A stretch of DNA of 64,000 bases from Raillietiella orientalis (GCA_036172245.1 JAYWIR010000044.1:1240001-1304000); one strand, 5' to 3'; shown: positions 26,750 to 39,304, counted from the first letter of the stretch. Program-made: numbers and translations. Notes: a model not told the origin generated them from the letters alone.

Positions 26750-27720
26750 GCCTCTTGGGGCAGATTACATTTTGTACGATTGATGGACCTGGTTTCATAA
26801 AGACTTACAATGAAGGAACCAGTGTGTTATTTCTATTTACAAAGTTCCATAAGAAATGATTTTCGAAATAATGAATTAGTCTTCCTAACACCATATAGAC
26901 TTCAACGTGGTATTGGGAGATAATTTACTCCTTAAAATGTTATTGCATTTATTTGATTACGGCAAGATATGAAACATTCGGTTATAAGTTTGTACTGCGA
27001 GTAAAAATCTCAGTGTGATGTTGTATTCCTGCTTTTTTGTGTTGAATGTTGTAGCCTTTGGGAAAAGGGATTGAATTTCCAGGTTTTATTTATAGAAACA
27101 ATAAATTAACAAGTTTTTAAATGTAAATAAATTGCCATAATAGCCCAACTGGGGAAAAACAGGTAAGGCTTATTGGTTGATTTTGGTTTATTATCCTTGG
27201 TTTCAAAAAGCATCGAGCAAAAAGCCTGCCGATTGCCTTAGTGTTTTTCTAGGTCCTGTTTTCTTTGCATTTTGCAGTGATGGATACATAAATATGCGGT
27301 GGAAGGCAAGCTCAAAGTTTCATGATGTTAGGTTCGAAATTTTATATCTATGATTAGCGGATACCATTTGGCATAATCTGTGCTGGTTATTCAGTTTTCC
27401 CTTTCAGTTCTCTTGCAGCAATTATTTGTGTCCTTTGTCTCTCAGTCATTTCCTTCAATTCTTTATGCTTACAATTATTGAAGTATGCCGTTTAAACAAT
27501 CATAGTACGTGTAATTTTCTTCTGATACAGTTTGCAGGTTATGACCCACAAGATGGCATAGTAGCATGCTTAACACGAATAAAGCTTCAATTTTTCCTGT
27601 AGAGATCATTTTATAATTAATAACGAATTTTTTTGCGTTCTGAAGTTTCATGAGACTATAAGAATGAAGTATAACCAATAATGAAGAAACGAAGTTATTG
27701 AGGAATGTTTAGCATTTGAT
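26750..27720 (-). mobile_element. Possible decayed MULE transposase
   Basis: LLDAF*, YLFFPSWAIM and PR*SLYGVRKTNSL...HTGSFIVSL resemble MULE DFE, CxFHxxQA and WxxY..RTNN...HP motifs in order. Confidence 0.33.
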
Positions 27721-29019
27721 ATTGTGCTTTGAAGAGATGAGCTTATTTCACATACTTCCTGGCCATGTTCATTGTAGTTCGTTTATGTACACTGATTGTC
27801 TCAAAGGGTTGTGTGAATCTTCATTGATGAAAGTGTGCTTATGTTTAGCCACTTCACATTGTAATGAACTTGAAGTAAATTTCTGTTAAAATACACACAT
27901 TAAAATGTCTTATATTGGTTCTGTTAATCCACAGTCAGCTTTTATTCAGAGTAGGATATTTGGGCTCAATGACACTGATTCATTTGATCACAGATCTAAT
28001 ATTCAAGAAACGAGTTAATCTGTATCAAATATGATGAACTTTATTAGACACTTTTTAATTTTTGTTCCATTTAAGTTAAATGTTGAATTCAATTAATTAT
28101 CTCAAAGTTCCAGTCAACTTTTCAGCAACAAATAATTTAGCATTCACAGTAAACATCTTGCACAGAACAGATATTGTCTGCACTGTTGCAGTTGTGTTTC
28201 GAGTATTTTTATTTGCACAAGCAAGTGAGGTAACTTTTCACTGCATCTTGGTTTGGCATGCATCTCATGCTTAGTATTCCCCCGAAAAATATGTGAGCAG
28301 ATCTGTTCATGTGTGAAACATTAAATGAATTCAGGTATTTGATCTCTAAACACTGAGGGATGTTTATTTTTATTTTGTATTATTCTCTCCTGTGTGTATG
28401 TATTATTTTGCATTTGATGCCATGAATGAGTCCATTAACTTTATAATGTACCAAATTTCATTTGTACTGTAATTTGTTGTTTCTTCTGAGAAGTTCAGTG
28501 GAATTGATTGCACCAAGCAAACCCAATTCATGTGGCTGCATTCTGCTATCAGGCACCTCGATAACTCGGATGTTGTTTTTTCCCAGACCTGAATTCAGTT
28601 TCATGGTATAAATAAAGTTGAGATTCCTGGTTGTGAGGATGCATCTTCATGGTTTCCATGTTGCATGATTTTGTGTAAGATTCAATAAATAAAAGTTCCT
28701 GATGTTCCTCTGCCATCTGATTTGAAGTTTATCGTTTTATGTATTCTTCAGTTTCTTATTCCTATGACAGTAATCACAGTTTCTCTGCCACTTAGTAAGT
28801 ATATAAATTTTGCAACCATTTGTTTAAGCATTTTCTATAACAAGATCTGTGACATTTCATGGTATTCCATGCTAGATTGCTTGCTAGCATTTTCACATCT
28901 CCTTTGTCAATGAATTTTCAGCATAATACAATACTTGGGCTCTTAACCGCAATTTGATTTTGCAGTAGAAAATTTAGTTTAAGAGATTAAGCATAAACGC
29001 TTAATCTCTTAAAGTGTAT

Positions 29020-29500
29020 GTACAGAAAGGGGTTGCACGAATCGATGTGATTCCATTGGAACGAATTGGCAGAAATGTACGATCGTTTCGTTTGGGGTCA
29101 CTGCTGACGTTGTACCTCAGACAAATTTTGCAGGCTTCGGGCGCAGATTCGGCATCTTTGCATAAGTTTGGCGGATGATGGAATTAGCAAAAAGGGCGTT
29201 TGAGGTTTTGGCATTGCGATGGATCCCAAGTTGGGACATTCAAATTAACTTTAAATCGGAAACCACCGCCGAGCTTTGACTGTTTCCGTAACCATTTGTG
29301 CTTCTATGTAAACTCGGAATTGTTTTTCCATCCGCGGACGAATCCTGAAGGTCCTTAAATGTTTCCGAAATCGGTGACCGTAGAGCGACCTGGCTGGAGT
29401 TCCACCCTGCCTGCGTGACCACCTCAAGCTTCAAGAACTTTGCACTGGAAGTTTAGGTTCCTTTGCGTAAGCGTACCAAACCACCCATATTTAACGATGA
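29020..29500 (-). mobile_element. Internally deleted hAT transposase relic
   Basis: FLKLEVVTQAGWNSSQVAL (LxLxVxTRWNS) close to ECPNLGSIAM...LLIPSSAKLMQR (dimerisation domain). Confidence 0.4.
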
Positions 29501-29849
29501 AGCTATAGCTGCTATTAAAATAACAACAGATTCAAAGGGGTGAAAACTTCGCGGAGGAATTCGAAATTGTGATAAACAAAGCAAGCCAAAACTGAGAGCA
29601 GCTGGCATCCTTGTATAATGAACACTGTTTTAAAGTAAACTGGATTGCAAAAGGATTTTTCATTGATTCCAGATAAAAAAAAAAAAAAAAGGCGAAGAAA
29701 AGGCACTGGGAGATTAAAAAAGGAACGTGAACCAATCCTGAACTGCAACTTCAGTGAATTACGTCACTCGAGTCCGGACGATATAGGCCGGCTTGAAGAG
29801 AGAAAGCAATCTTCCTCTTCGATGAACGTTCATGGTTACTTTTGCGTTT

Positions 29850-31400
29850 TCGTTTCGCCATGTACCACAGGAACCTCCCCCCGAGTTCGAGGAACCAGAC
29901 GTGGATGCTGGAGCAGGGGACCGCCGTTCATGGTGAAGGGCAGCCATCGCTCCACAGCAGCCGCTCTGCGCCTGACGTCACGCTGCACCTTCGTTTGTTC
30001 TGCTGCACAGAGTTCTCACGAACGGGTGGTGGGTTTACGGATGAGGAGGGATTGGGGGGAGTTCCTGGGGGCGGGCAACTTCCCAGTGGAGCTCGGGTTC
30101 GAGGTCAGCATTGGCGGTTCTCAAGCGCCAGCAGGGCCCCGAGGACTTGGTTGCTGTTGATCGGCGAAGGGTCTCACCTACCTGTGAGGTGCGTTTCTCC
30201 GGAACCGGGCAGCCGTACAGGGAAAGGGGAACTCGGTGCTGCGAGTCTTCTGCTGCCGCGGATGCTGAAAGCAATGGACACAGGTCGTTCTCTTGAAGGC
30301 ACACTCGGTTGCAGACAAGGAAACGAGACGGAAGCTTTGGGTCACAGCAATCGGCAAAGTGGGTCGTACTCCAGTTCTGCCGGAAGCACCTCAAAGCGGA
30401 AACGCCTTTCGTCTTCCAAGTGACCCTTTCATTTCAAAACAGTTCAGTTTTAAGGGAAGTGGACTCTTGCTGCTTCTGTAGCAACATTTCGAATCATCGA
30501 AGGCATCTGGGAAAACCAAGCGTTACTTACTCCATTCTTTTGATGCCACGGCTTTCGGGGGAAGGATGGAGTGAAGAGTGCCAGCTCTGGTGACGCTCAC
30601 CTTTGGCGTGTTGGCGTGTAACTGACCTGCTCTCAGAGATGGAGTACTGATGAAATGCTTTTCGAGATTCTTCGACGAGAGCATCCAACCAGAGAGACGG
30701 AGATTCACACAGAAATTTCATTCCGCGCAACACAACACGCTGCTTTTCTTCTTCCGAGGGTAGTGCGAAGAGCATTGGGAAGATGCTGCATGCGAAAACG
30801 GAGGTTTTCGCATGCAGCTCAAAAGTTTTCTTTATTCTATGGAATATCGTTCCTCACAAGGAGCTTTTGACAGCCAGTTTCCATAAACGACTTCCATAAA
30901 GCTCTTCGTCCGCGAGTCAATCGGCTAATGAAGGCCTCGTTGCATCCATGGCTCCATTTTTTCTATTCCAGGCTGCTACTTTGGTGGCCTTCGTCCAGTT
31001 CGGATTTTTATAAACAGCCAACCTTTGATGTGAGGGGTTCTGGGGGGATCATGAACTAGCAGTGATTGCCGATATGGGAAAAGGGGATTCATCTTCCATC
31101 TATGATGACCAAATTTCGTCGTGGCTGTCAAAGTTGCCGTTTTATTTCCCTTTCAGCAATAACTGAACCGAGTTTATTATAACCGGATGCAGCAGTCCGT
31201 ACCATTATTAAGTCTGGGATTTTTTTTTTTTCCCCATCAGTAAGTGTTATTTGGAATCCACTCCAGTGCACACGGAAGTTCACAGTGCGTTTTTCAGCTT
31301 CTTTCTCTTTCACTGATAAACGCTTCCTCCCAATCACAAAATTCTCGAAAAGAATGTTGATCCAATAAAGTGCGCCAGCAGTTCCATCCCTTTTTAAGTT
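29850..31400 (-). mobile_element. Decayed hAT transposase
   Basis: LVIIDGR* (catalytic D region), QSWHSSL, FEMLLQKQQEST, FADCCDPKL (LDPRF-like), SLLIRKPTTRS*ELCAA...RRRAAAVERWLPFTMN (dimerisation domain), in order. Confidence 0.5.
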
Positions 31401-32589
31401 TCCGATCTGGACCGACTACTCGCATCAGACTAGCTCGACGTTTAAGACGCCCTTTAGCAATCTCCTGAGTTCTCTGCGCATTAGTTCAATGTTAAATTTG
31501 TCAGCACTGTGCCAGGAAGATCAGTGATTTAAGCGGAGTCGTGCCTTGTAAATAACTCCTTTTAGGGATGAGCTTCAGATTTATTAGCAGAAGTATTTCT
31601 TGGGGAGGGGGGGAGAGGAAGGAAAGCTAAATAGACTGATACTTCGGTGCTCCTCATGGAGACTGAGCTGGAACGCGATGCAGCTTCCGGAGGAGCTAAC
31701 AAATAAAGCGGGAATGAAAATAGGAAAACTATTTCGAGTAAACTCTTTTTCTATTATGTAGACACCTTGATGTCTGAGTAAACAGAACTGATGAAAAATC
31801 CGGTCCGCAGATGGATGAACAGTGAAAATGTCGATGGAAGCCTCAGCTGAGCAACGCAAATTGCCTTTCTGGGAAATCCTCCCCGGAGAATCCCCGCATG
31901 ATGCAAACCGAAAGGTTCAGCTTTCGTAGACCCTGGGGCTGGGTGCCGATGCCAGAGTGAGATTCCAGAATGCACACTGAAATTGTAAACATAGGGGTGG
32001 CTCCGTCACTGTGTTGCCTGTGTTCTTCTACAAGACTGTTTTTGAAAAGCAAGGGCCACCGTGTGAGGGTTGTGTGAGCAGCAAGATTCTCTCCTGATCC
32101 TTGTGATGTGCCTCCCTCTGAGAGGGTGCCCGCTGGAACTCTCTAGAATTGTTCGACTGCTCAAGTCAAGACTGGCTGACCGCTTGCGTGTTGCCATCAT
32201 TTTCAGTTACAACCGAAATTTCAATGAAAAAAGAGAAGAATTTCACATTCATTACACTTCTTCGACCTTTTGCCTTTAGCCCTGCCACCCTATTACACGG
32301 CCAGTTCTCACAAAAAAGTATCGTCATATATTTTTGTCATAATAGATGGTGAAAATCTCTCAACTTCTTCTACAATAATCCCATCCCTTACCATCGTTGA
32401 AAAATTCAAAACTATAAGTGATACCCAACATAATACCCATTCCTCGTATCAACTCCTCTCTCTACGCCTCTACCACCACCTTTTAATAACCACCCCAACA
32501 TCCGATACCCGTAACTTGCACCAAGTACCATCCCGAACATCCTCAAAACTTGCACAATACCTCCTCCCCCTTACACGCACGTATTGAGT

Positions 32590-35100
32590 ATCACACCCCT
32601 TCTATTGAATGACGTTTCCTAAAGAATTCCCTCAGGCATCCTATGGAGATAGAGAGTGCAAACGTTCGTGATGATGCGTCGAGTATTGGTAGCTCATGGT
32701 GAGCACAAAAAGTGAACGAAGATCTTCCGTGTGTGCCGCAGGCATTCCGCGGTGAGCCGAGAATGGTCGCGTCTTTCCAGTCTTGTGTGTCCTGCTGGAG
32801 ATGGGCATTCGCGGATGTTTTCGGATGTTGCCTTCGAGAGTACACCTTTGGAGATCTCTAGATGGAAAACGCCCACGGCTAATGACATCTTGCTCCTGCC
32901 ATCTCGTGACCGTCCGTGTAAGCGAAGTAGAAAGCCACGCTCCCTTTCTTGAGAGCAGTGGCGACTCTTACGCCAAGGGTGAGCGAAAGGAACATGAAAA
33001 CTGCTTCCTCCTCACGTGCTTCACCGAGACAACCGTTCCCCGTGCACTGAGCAAGACTCTGAGGTCAACGTCGAGTTCATGCCGCTATGGAGTCCTCCGT
33101 TCTCCTTGCGCACGCGCTTCTACTGAACGCAAGCCTTTCCGAATGGTGGAAAGAACACGACAGAACGAGGAAACGGAACATAATTTAGGGCCCTTAGGAC
33201 TCGTGTCCTTCATGAGCGCATCGGAGGCCACTCATGAGGAACACGGAATCACCTACGGAGTTTCACCTATCATCCCGATGCCTGTGCAAACAGAACTGAC
33301 GAATTTAGGGGCCGCTGAAATCATGTGGCGGGGCATCCTCGAAGATGGGAATGGAATGGTTCCGCATCACGTGATGCGCCGGTCTGCCTGCTTCCCGAAC
33401 CTGCTGAAACTGCGAGCGAATCAGGAAACTCTTTCATACCCTTGGGCTCTTGGCCGAGGGTAAGGAAAACAACAACGAAACAGGCGACTGACTGTGATTA
33501 CTTGCAGATTCTCAGGGATGCTACGCAAACACTTGCTCTTTGCAACAAGCATCCACTTGTCTGGAGGTGACCTCGTTCCGTGCTCGCGGTGCTGCAGAAC
33601 TTGGTATCGCTCCAAGTCAAACGCCACATCGTCAGCGCACGCGTTTCCCTGAGACCATGGCAGCTTGCCGAAACCATTGCCTCGAGCAACATTCGAAGTT
33701 TCGAGCTGGGAGGCGGAGATGAGCAAGGGCCTTGCAGCATGCTGGGCGGGATGCGTGCGAGCTAAAGCCGCCTGGGATGCAGCGCACAGCAGTCACAAGT
33801 TCTCCCGTCTCCCCACTCCCCCCACGAATAGCCTTGACAGCCTGATCCCCTGTGCACGGAAGGAGCAGGACTCTTTGGCGCAGGGTTCGTTGCTGAGAAC
33901 GCGGCGCAGAGGATCTCTGCTCTGCAGGATGAGCCCCGGCCTGGCTAGGTGGCGCGCCTACCTCTTCGTTTGGCGTTTCGACAAGCGCATGTCGCTCCTC
34001 TGCTCTGTCGCGACGGCGCTGCCGCGGGAAGGTGAAAGGAACGCACCTCGTCAGATACGCCGGATCGGGAAGCTGATCTGAGATCGGAAAGGACCCACCG
34101 CTTTTAACAAGCTCTGCTCCCGGTCTCACTTTCATGGAGCCGCATTCGTCGGTGCCTATGCAGAGGTGGAAACTCAGGGATGCCAGGTGAACTCCATCGG
34201 GCACCTTGAATAAATGTAAGCAGTGCAGCAACGTGTCCGCGCAAAGGTCATTCGCAGCTGACAGGACAGGGTCTAAGAACCGATGCTCCGCACGTGGCAT
34301 GGGGAACGAGAGATACAGTTGCACTGAAGACGCGCGACGGCGGATGAGCTTTTCGGCCCACCGGTCAGTAGTGCTCGTCCGACGCTTCCGTATCTCCACG
34401 AAGCACATGCACTGCCATCGACATGCTGCGGATAAGAAGGCCAAATACTTGTAACAGACTTGGTTTTTTTCTGTGGTTTCCTCTGGCAGCACCGAACGAG
34501 CTGACTCAGATTTCAAATGCCCCTTAACTGGCCACAGGGAATCTTTTCATATCGTCCCATCCCGGACTAACCTCGGGTCGCAAGCAACGGAGGCTGTAAG
34601 GCCACGATAACCAAATGGGCAACCTCCGTGCCCAAACAACGTGAGATCTGCAGGCTCCCACGACGGACTCGGTGACCCCCCGGCGAACTTAAAGGCTCTT
34701 CGTCGGTGGGAAGTCGAAGATCGCGTGATCCACGTCGCAGTCCTTCGACGCGAGGAAGGCCGACCCCTCCGTAAACAAGTGTTCTCGCCCCGAGGTCGTC
34801 TCCGCTCCTTCCTCCCACAGTCTCCTTGGCCTTCAGAAACTGACCTCTTTCAAAACGTAGAGGGCACCCTAGCTTGCGCATCGGCAAGTTGCCGCAGCCG
34901 TGTTAGGCGTGAAGCGGCCCCATAGGATTTCTGGGCTGACTCGGATGCGTTTCTGGAATCTGCAGCTTCCTCGAAGATCCCGTCGTTTTTGGGAACCCAA
35001 CGACCTTCTGACGATCCGTTTGCCTTCGGACAAACTGGCGCTTGGGTCCCTGATACTGAAAGCGAGAGTGAGTGGTGTCCATGCTTTCTCTCTTCTCATT
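32590..35100 (-). mobile_element. Decayed hAT transposase just downstream of kon
   Basis: LCIGTDECGS (catalytic D-like), QGPCSS...LRMLL, AEPF, and FCAHHELPILDASSRTFALSISIGCLREFF (dimerisation domain). Possible eroded BED finger near 35000. Confidence 0.45.
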
Positions 35101-35579
35101 TCAGAAGCTTTCTGGAACGCTTCTTGCAGGCTTTCGAGCAGCCTGAAGTGTTACGACAGAGGCCTCGAATAGGAGAGGCCGCTTCGCAACCACCACGAGA
35201 ACGCCGGTTCGGTCTTGCTGGGCAGGTTTCAAGAGCGCTCTGCGCGCTGGTCATTTGACCCTGCCCAGAAGAGAGCCACAAGGGTAAGAGTCTTGCACCA
35301 AGGGACGTCTACTCGTTCCTGCGCATGTGTAAGTGAAGCCACGGCATCTATGGACGGAGCCGTGGTCTTCCCGCCTCTCACTCTGATGGCTCCAGAAGCG
35401 TTTCGGGACGCCGCCTCGCTCTTCTCGGAAACGCGCTAGTCCCGTATGTCGATCTCCCCGGGGAACATGCGAGTCCCGTCCCGCGCTCCCGAGGGAGGAA
35501 GGACGCGCGGAATGAACGAGCCGAATAAGCATAGAAAAAATAGAGGGGGATTTCTTGCTCGCAGTATAAAAGCAGCCCG

Positions 35580-38023
35580 CTACACCCAGTACTGGTTCTT
35601 CCTCAGGAGGGGGTTGGATTGGCAGGAGTGGCAGTGGCCACTGGAACTGTTTTCGTCGTCTTCGGGATCGACCTGGGGACAGTCGACAGGGGAGCTTCCG
35701 AACACAGGGGTCACGCTGGTGCAGAAGGGAGACCTGGATCTCCTCGTGATGTCGTCGATTGTGGACACGCGGCAGCTGGTCCGAGACACGGAGGTGGGCG
35801 AGGAAACTGGGGACTTCCTTTCGAAATCCACGCAGTCCCCGTCGGGACACACCTGGAGCTCCGGGGAGTCCTTGCGGTTCGTGGGAGGGAAGGTCTCCAT
35901 GCCGCGCCTGGCCCTGCCTTTGAGGAAGCAGCGCGCCATCACGATGGACAGGGTGACGAGTCCGACGACGACAGCAGCCGCGGTTCCCGTGACGAAGAAC
36001 GTGTTGAGGATGGGGGAAGGCTGCAGCTGGAAGTCCCGGACCGCTTTCGGGACAACCTTGGCGTCCTCCGCGGGGTGTGCGAGATCCCCGGCAGCGTCCT
36101 TCTGAAGGAAGCCGCTCCTCGCGGGCGACCACGTGAACTCGAGCAGCCCTCTGGCGGGCTGCACGTTATCGGCATCCACCTCGTACTCTAGGAAGTCGAG
36201 GACCTCGCGGCTCGCGTCGCGGTCCCTTGGCACGAGGAAGATCAACCCCTGCGACACGTCCATCCCCGTGAACTCGTCCTCCCGCCCAAGGGAGGCGTGT
36301 GCCCCTTCTTTCCTCAGCCTCCTGACCTCGCACGAGGCGGGCTCCTTGACGACCCTAAACTTGGGGTCCGACCCAGTGGACCGGGCCAGCATGCTGGAGT
36401 CAATGTGCTCGGGGAGGAGCATCACCGCGTCCCCCGAGGCGTCGAAGGAGATGTCACGAGGCGAGCGCACGAGAGGGACGACCTCCACTCGCACGACGGT
36501 TTCGGAGGGGCGAGCGGCCTCCCGACCAGACGCCTCGACCCCGAATGAATCCTCGTGTGCCCGCATGTCCGTCTGGACATACCTGACCCGTCCTGCTTCC
36601 AGGAGTTCTAGGTCGAAGGAATCGGTCTGGGACTCTCCTCCCACGACCTCGATCTTCCCGTGCAGAGGGTTCTGAGTGACCGTGAAGTTGAGGAGGGGGA
36701 ACCCCGTGGCAGCGGCGGGGGAGTAGCCTAGGTTCTCGGGGGAAAGGACGGCTTTCGTTGATCCTTGGGCCACGCGCACCGGTATGCCCTCGCGGCCTGG
36801 AGAGGGGAGGGAGGACAGGATCGTGAAGTGCATCCTTCCCGTCTCCGGCTGGAAGAGGCCGTCGCTGACCCGGAAGAGGATTGTGTCGTTGCCGAAGGAT
36901 GAGCCGCCCCCGTGCAGGTACAGCACCTCGTTGGCGTCCACCTGCTCCTGGGTGAACCGTGTCACTGGCGAGGCGAACGCAGACCCCGTGTAGGACACGA
37001 TGCCCTCCGAGGGCTGTCCGACCACCTCGTAGACGATGTTTCCGGGGAGCGTGTCGCTGTCAACGGCCAGTAGTTCCCTCCTGCTGAACCGCACGGATCG
37101 GCCCCTGGCGACTTGGAACCGCGGCTCTGGGGTCAATAGGGACAGAGGCTGGTCGTTGATGAGCTTCACCTCGACGAAAACCCTGTCCTCGAGCAGGAGG
37201 AACTCTTCGTGCGAGGAGTGCCACTTCTTCGATAGGATGGCGAGGGTGAACTCGTCGGCGGTCGTCTCCGTGCCGTCGTGCTGGTACGTCAGCTGACCCT
37301 CGGTCACGTCGTCGACGGACAGGCTGAAGGGCTTCCTCATCGGCTTGCCGCGGTGCAGAAGCGACCCGTGCCTGGGGAGCGCCGTGGCCTTAAAGAAGAT
37401 GACCAGAGGGCTGGCGTCCCCGAACATGGACAAACTCCACGAGTTCGCGAGGGAGAGGATGTCCTCCGCGTTGACCTCTGCGGGTCCCACCGTGGCGTTG
37501 CCTCCCTCCTCGATGAGCAGTGATCCGAAGGTCAGGTTCTCGTTGATCTCCCTTAGCACCTCGACATGGGTACTGATGGTCACTCGGAACTCCACGTTCC
37601 TCAGGGGCTCCGACGGGCGGCTCTCGACGTCAAAAAAGAACGCGTCAGCAGCAAGCTGCAGCGCCGACCCGTGCGCGATTTCGCTGTACCGGTAGGACAG
37701 GTGCCTGAGGTTCAGGTCCGCTTGGAGGAACGTGTCCGTGACCTCCGAGTCTCCGTCCCCACCCCTGGATAGCCGCAGCTCTCCCAGGGAGGGACGCTTG
37801 CGGACGATGTACCGGATGTGGTAGGAGTCCGTGTTGGGGTCATCGGTGACGGCACACAGGTGCTGGTCCGTGATGACGGCGTGCGATCCCGGAGCGAGCC
37901 GGAGGACGCGGTTGTGCTTGAGGATAATGTGAGGAACCCGGACGTCGAACCTCACGACCTCCTCGTCAGTGTGGAAGAATCCGTCGGTGACGTAGAAGCG
38001 GAAGCTGGCGGACCTATCGCTCC
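35580..38023 (-). CDS. kon: kon/CSPG4 terminal exon: remaining CSPG repeats, transmembrane helix, cytoplasmic tail with PDZ-binding motif
   Basis: Acceptor ccctcag| at 38024. Contains CSPG repeats (YQHDGTET, LINDQP), the hydrophobic segment FFVTGTAAAVVVGLVTLSIVMA followed by basic residues, and ends LLRKNQYWV-stop. QYWV is the conserved CSPG4/Kon PDZ ligand. Confidence 0.95.
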
Positions 38024-38086
38024 CTGAGGGTAGGCGCCGGAACGGCGCAGCTAACCTTCCGGGAGGAAGACAAGGAGGACACTGAC

Positions 38087-38242
38087 CGGAGTGCACGAAG
38101 AATATCTTTCCGTCGTTCACCTGCTGCTGGCTGAACTTGTCGATGACCTCGGAAGGGATGCTAGTGATGGTGAAGTAGCCTCCCAGCACCCCGGTGACGT
38201 GAAAGATCAGCTTCTCCGGTCCGGTGTCTATGTCGTAAGCAC
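38087..38242 (-). CDS. kon: kon/CSPG4 exon (CSPG repeat)
   Basis: Acceptor ccttcctgtttcag|. Encodes (G)AYDIDTGPEKLIFHVTGVLGG...FSQQQVNDGKIFFVHS(G). Probable donor g|gtcagt at 38086. Confidence 0.85.
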
Positions 38243-38489
38243 CTGAAACAGGAAGGATTCGAGAGGGAAAATGGCAGTTTTGATTAATGTGGTGCCGAGG
38301 ATGGCAGGTTCCGTCTCTCGGCCGCCAAAGGATGCTGGCGGGGAATCTCGGGGGTTTGGTTCAAAATCCCATAATAAATGCACTGCTCATTATGCATAGT
38401 AATACATACTTTACGTCGGGATTCATATGTAAATTCATTGTAACATGAATGCTTTTTGGCATTTTTCAGCATAGTTATCGTATCGTGAG

Positions 38490-38720
38490 TGTTCCTTTGG
38501 AAGCTCAGCCGAGAACTGGTGTCGGGGATCGACGCTCAATGAACGAACACTCGATGAATCATTCTGGCAAAGGGAATTTCTAACATAAGCTGTGGATTTC
38601 GGGACGCACGCGTGAGTTCTTGCACGCCTTCACACGGCCTCAGGTCACCTACTCCCTGAAGACTGTCCTCCGTGTTCAGCAACAAGCCATAGGACTTATT
38701 CTACGCCAAATTCCCAATTT
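38490..38720 (-). mobile_element. Possible hAT dimerisation-domain relic inside the GC-AG intron
   Basis: LWLVAEHGG...*PEAV*RRARTHACVPKSTAYVRNSLARM. Confidence 0.3.
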
Positions 38721-39047
38721 CCTGGGCTGGAATGCCGGTTCTTCCTCTTCCAGCTCTCCATTTCTTTCGATGTCAGCTTGAGAGCACAAGATGTGAGCTT
38801 CCCTGTTCTGGATCTCGAGGTGACAGTCAGTGTCCCGCAGGTGACACCTTCCTGCATGTAAAATTCACCCTCCCCCCTTCCTTATTCCGAATACAATCAG
38901 GAGAGAATCGCAAAACCCCCTTCGCGCGCCGTCATCTTAAAGACTGGAGGCTCTTAGCACACCGCAGTTGCCACGGCAGGTCCATCCGAGGACGCAAGCA
39001 CCTTCTTGCGAGCAGGAGAGCGGCGGTAACTTATAAACGAGGCTTGC

Positions 39048-39240
39048 CTAGGATTTCTGGCTTCAGCAGCAAGTACGAGGATTCCCAAATCGTCCAGCCA
39101 GTGTTGTTCACGATGTAGGGGGCCTGGTCGTTGATGAGCTTCACCTCCACGGACGCGATGACCGGAGCGCTGGTCGCGTTGCTGGAGCGCGCCCGGATCA
39201 CGAGCTGGTCAGCGTTGTGCTCGGAACCGTCATGACAGTA
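39048..39240 (-). CDS. kon: kon/CSPG4 exon (CSPG repeat)
   Basis: Acceptor ttttgatttcag|. Encodes YCHDGSEHNADQLVIRARSSNATSAPVIASVEVKLINDQAPYIVNNTGWTIWESSYLLLKPEIL(G) and completes the repeat motif ...REVT|YCHDGSE. The 3' end is most consistent with a GC donor (tag|gcaagc). Confidence 0.88.
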
Positions 39241-39304
39241 CTGAAATCAAAACGGTGCGCTTTACAATCGCATCCAGACGTCGCCCGGGCGACACTATAC
39301 AAAC

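Noticed and set aside
28150..28900. Possible further minus-strand hAT C-terminus (IPQCLEIK...NRSAHIFF)
   Set aside because: Match too degenerate to list as a feature.
32340..32600. C/A-skewed segment resembling a LINE 3' end
   Set aside because: Compositional evidence only; no diagnostic motif.
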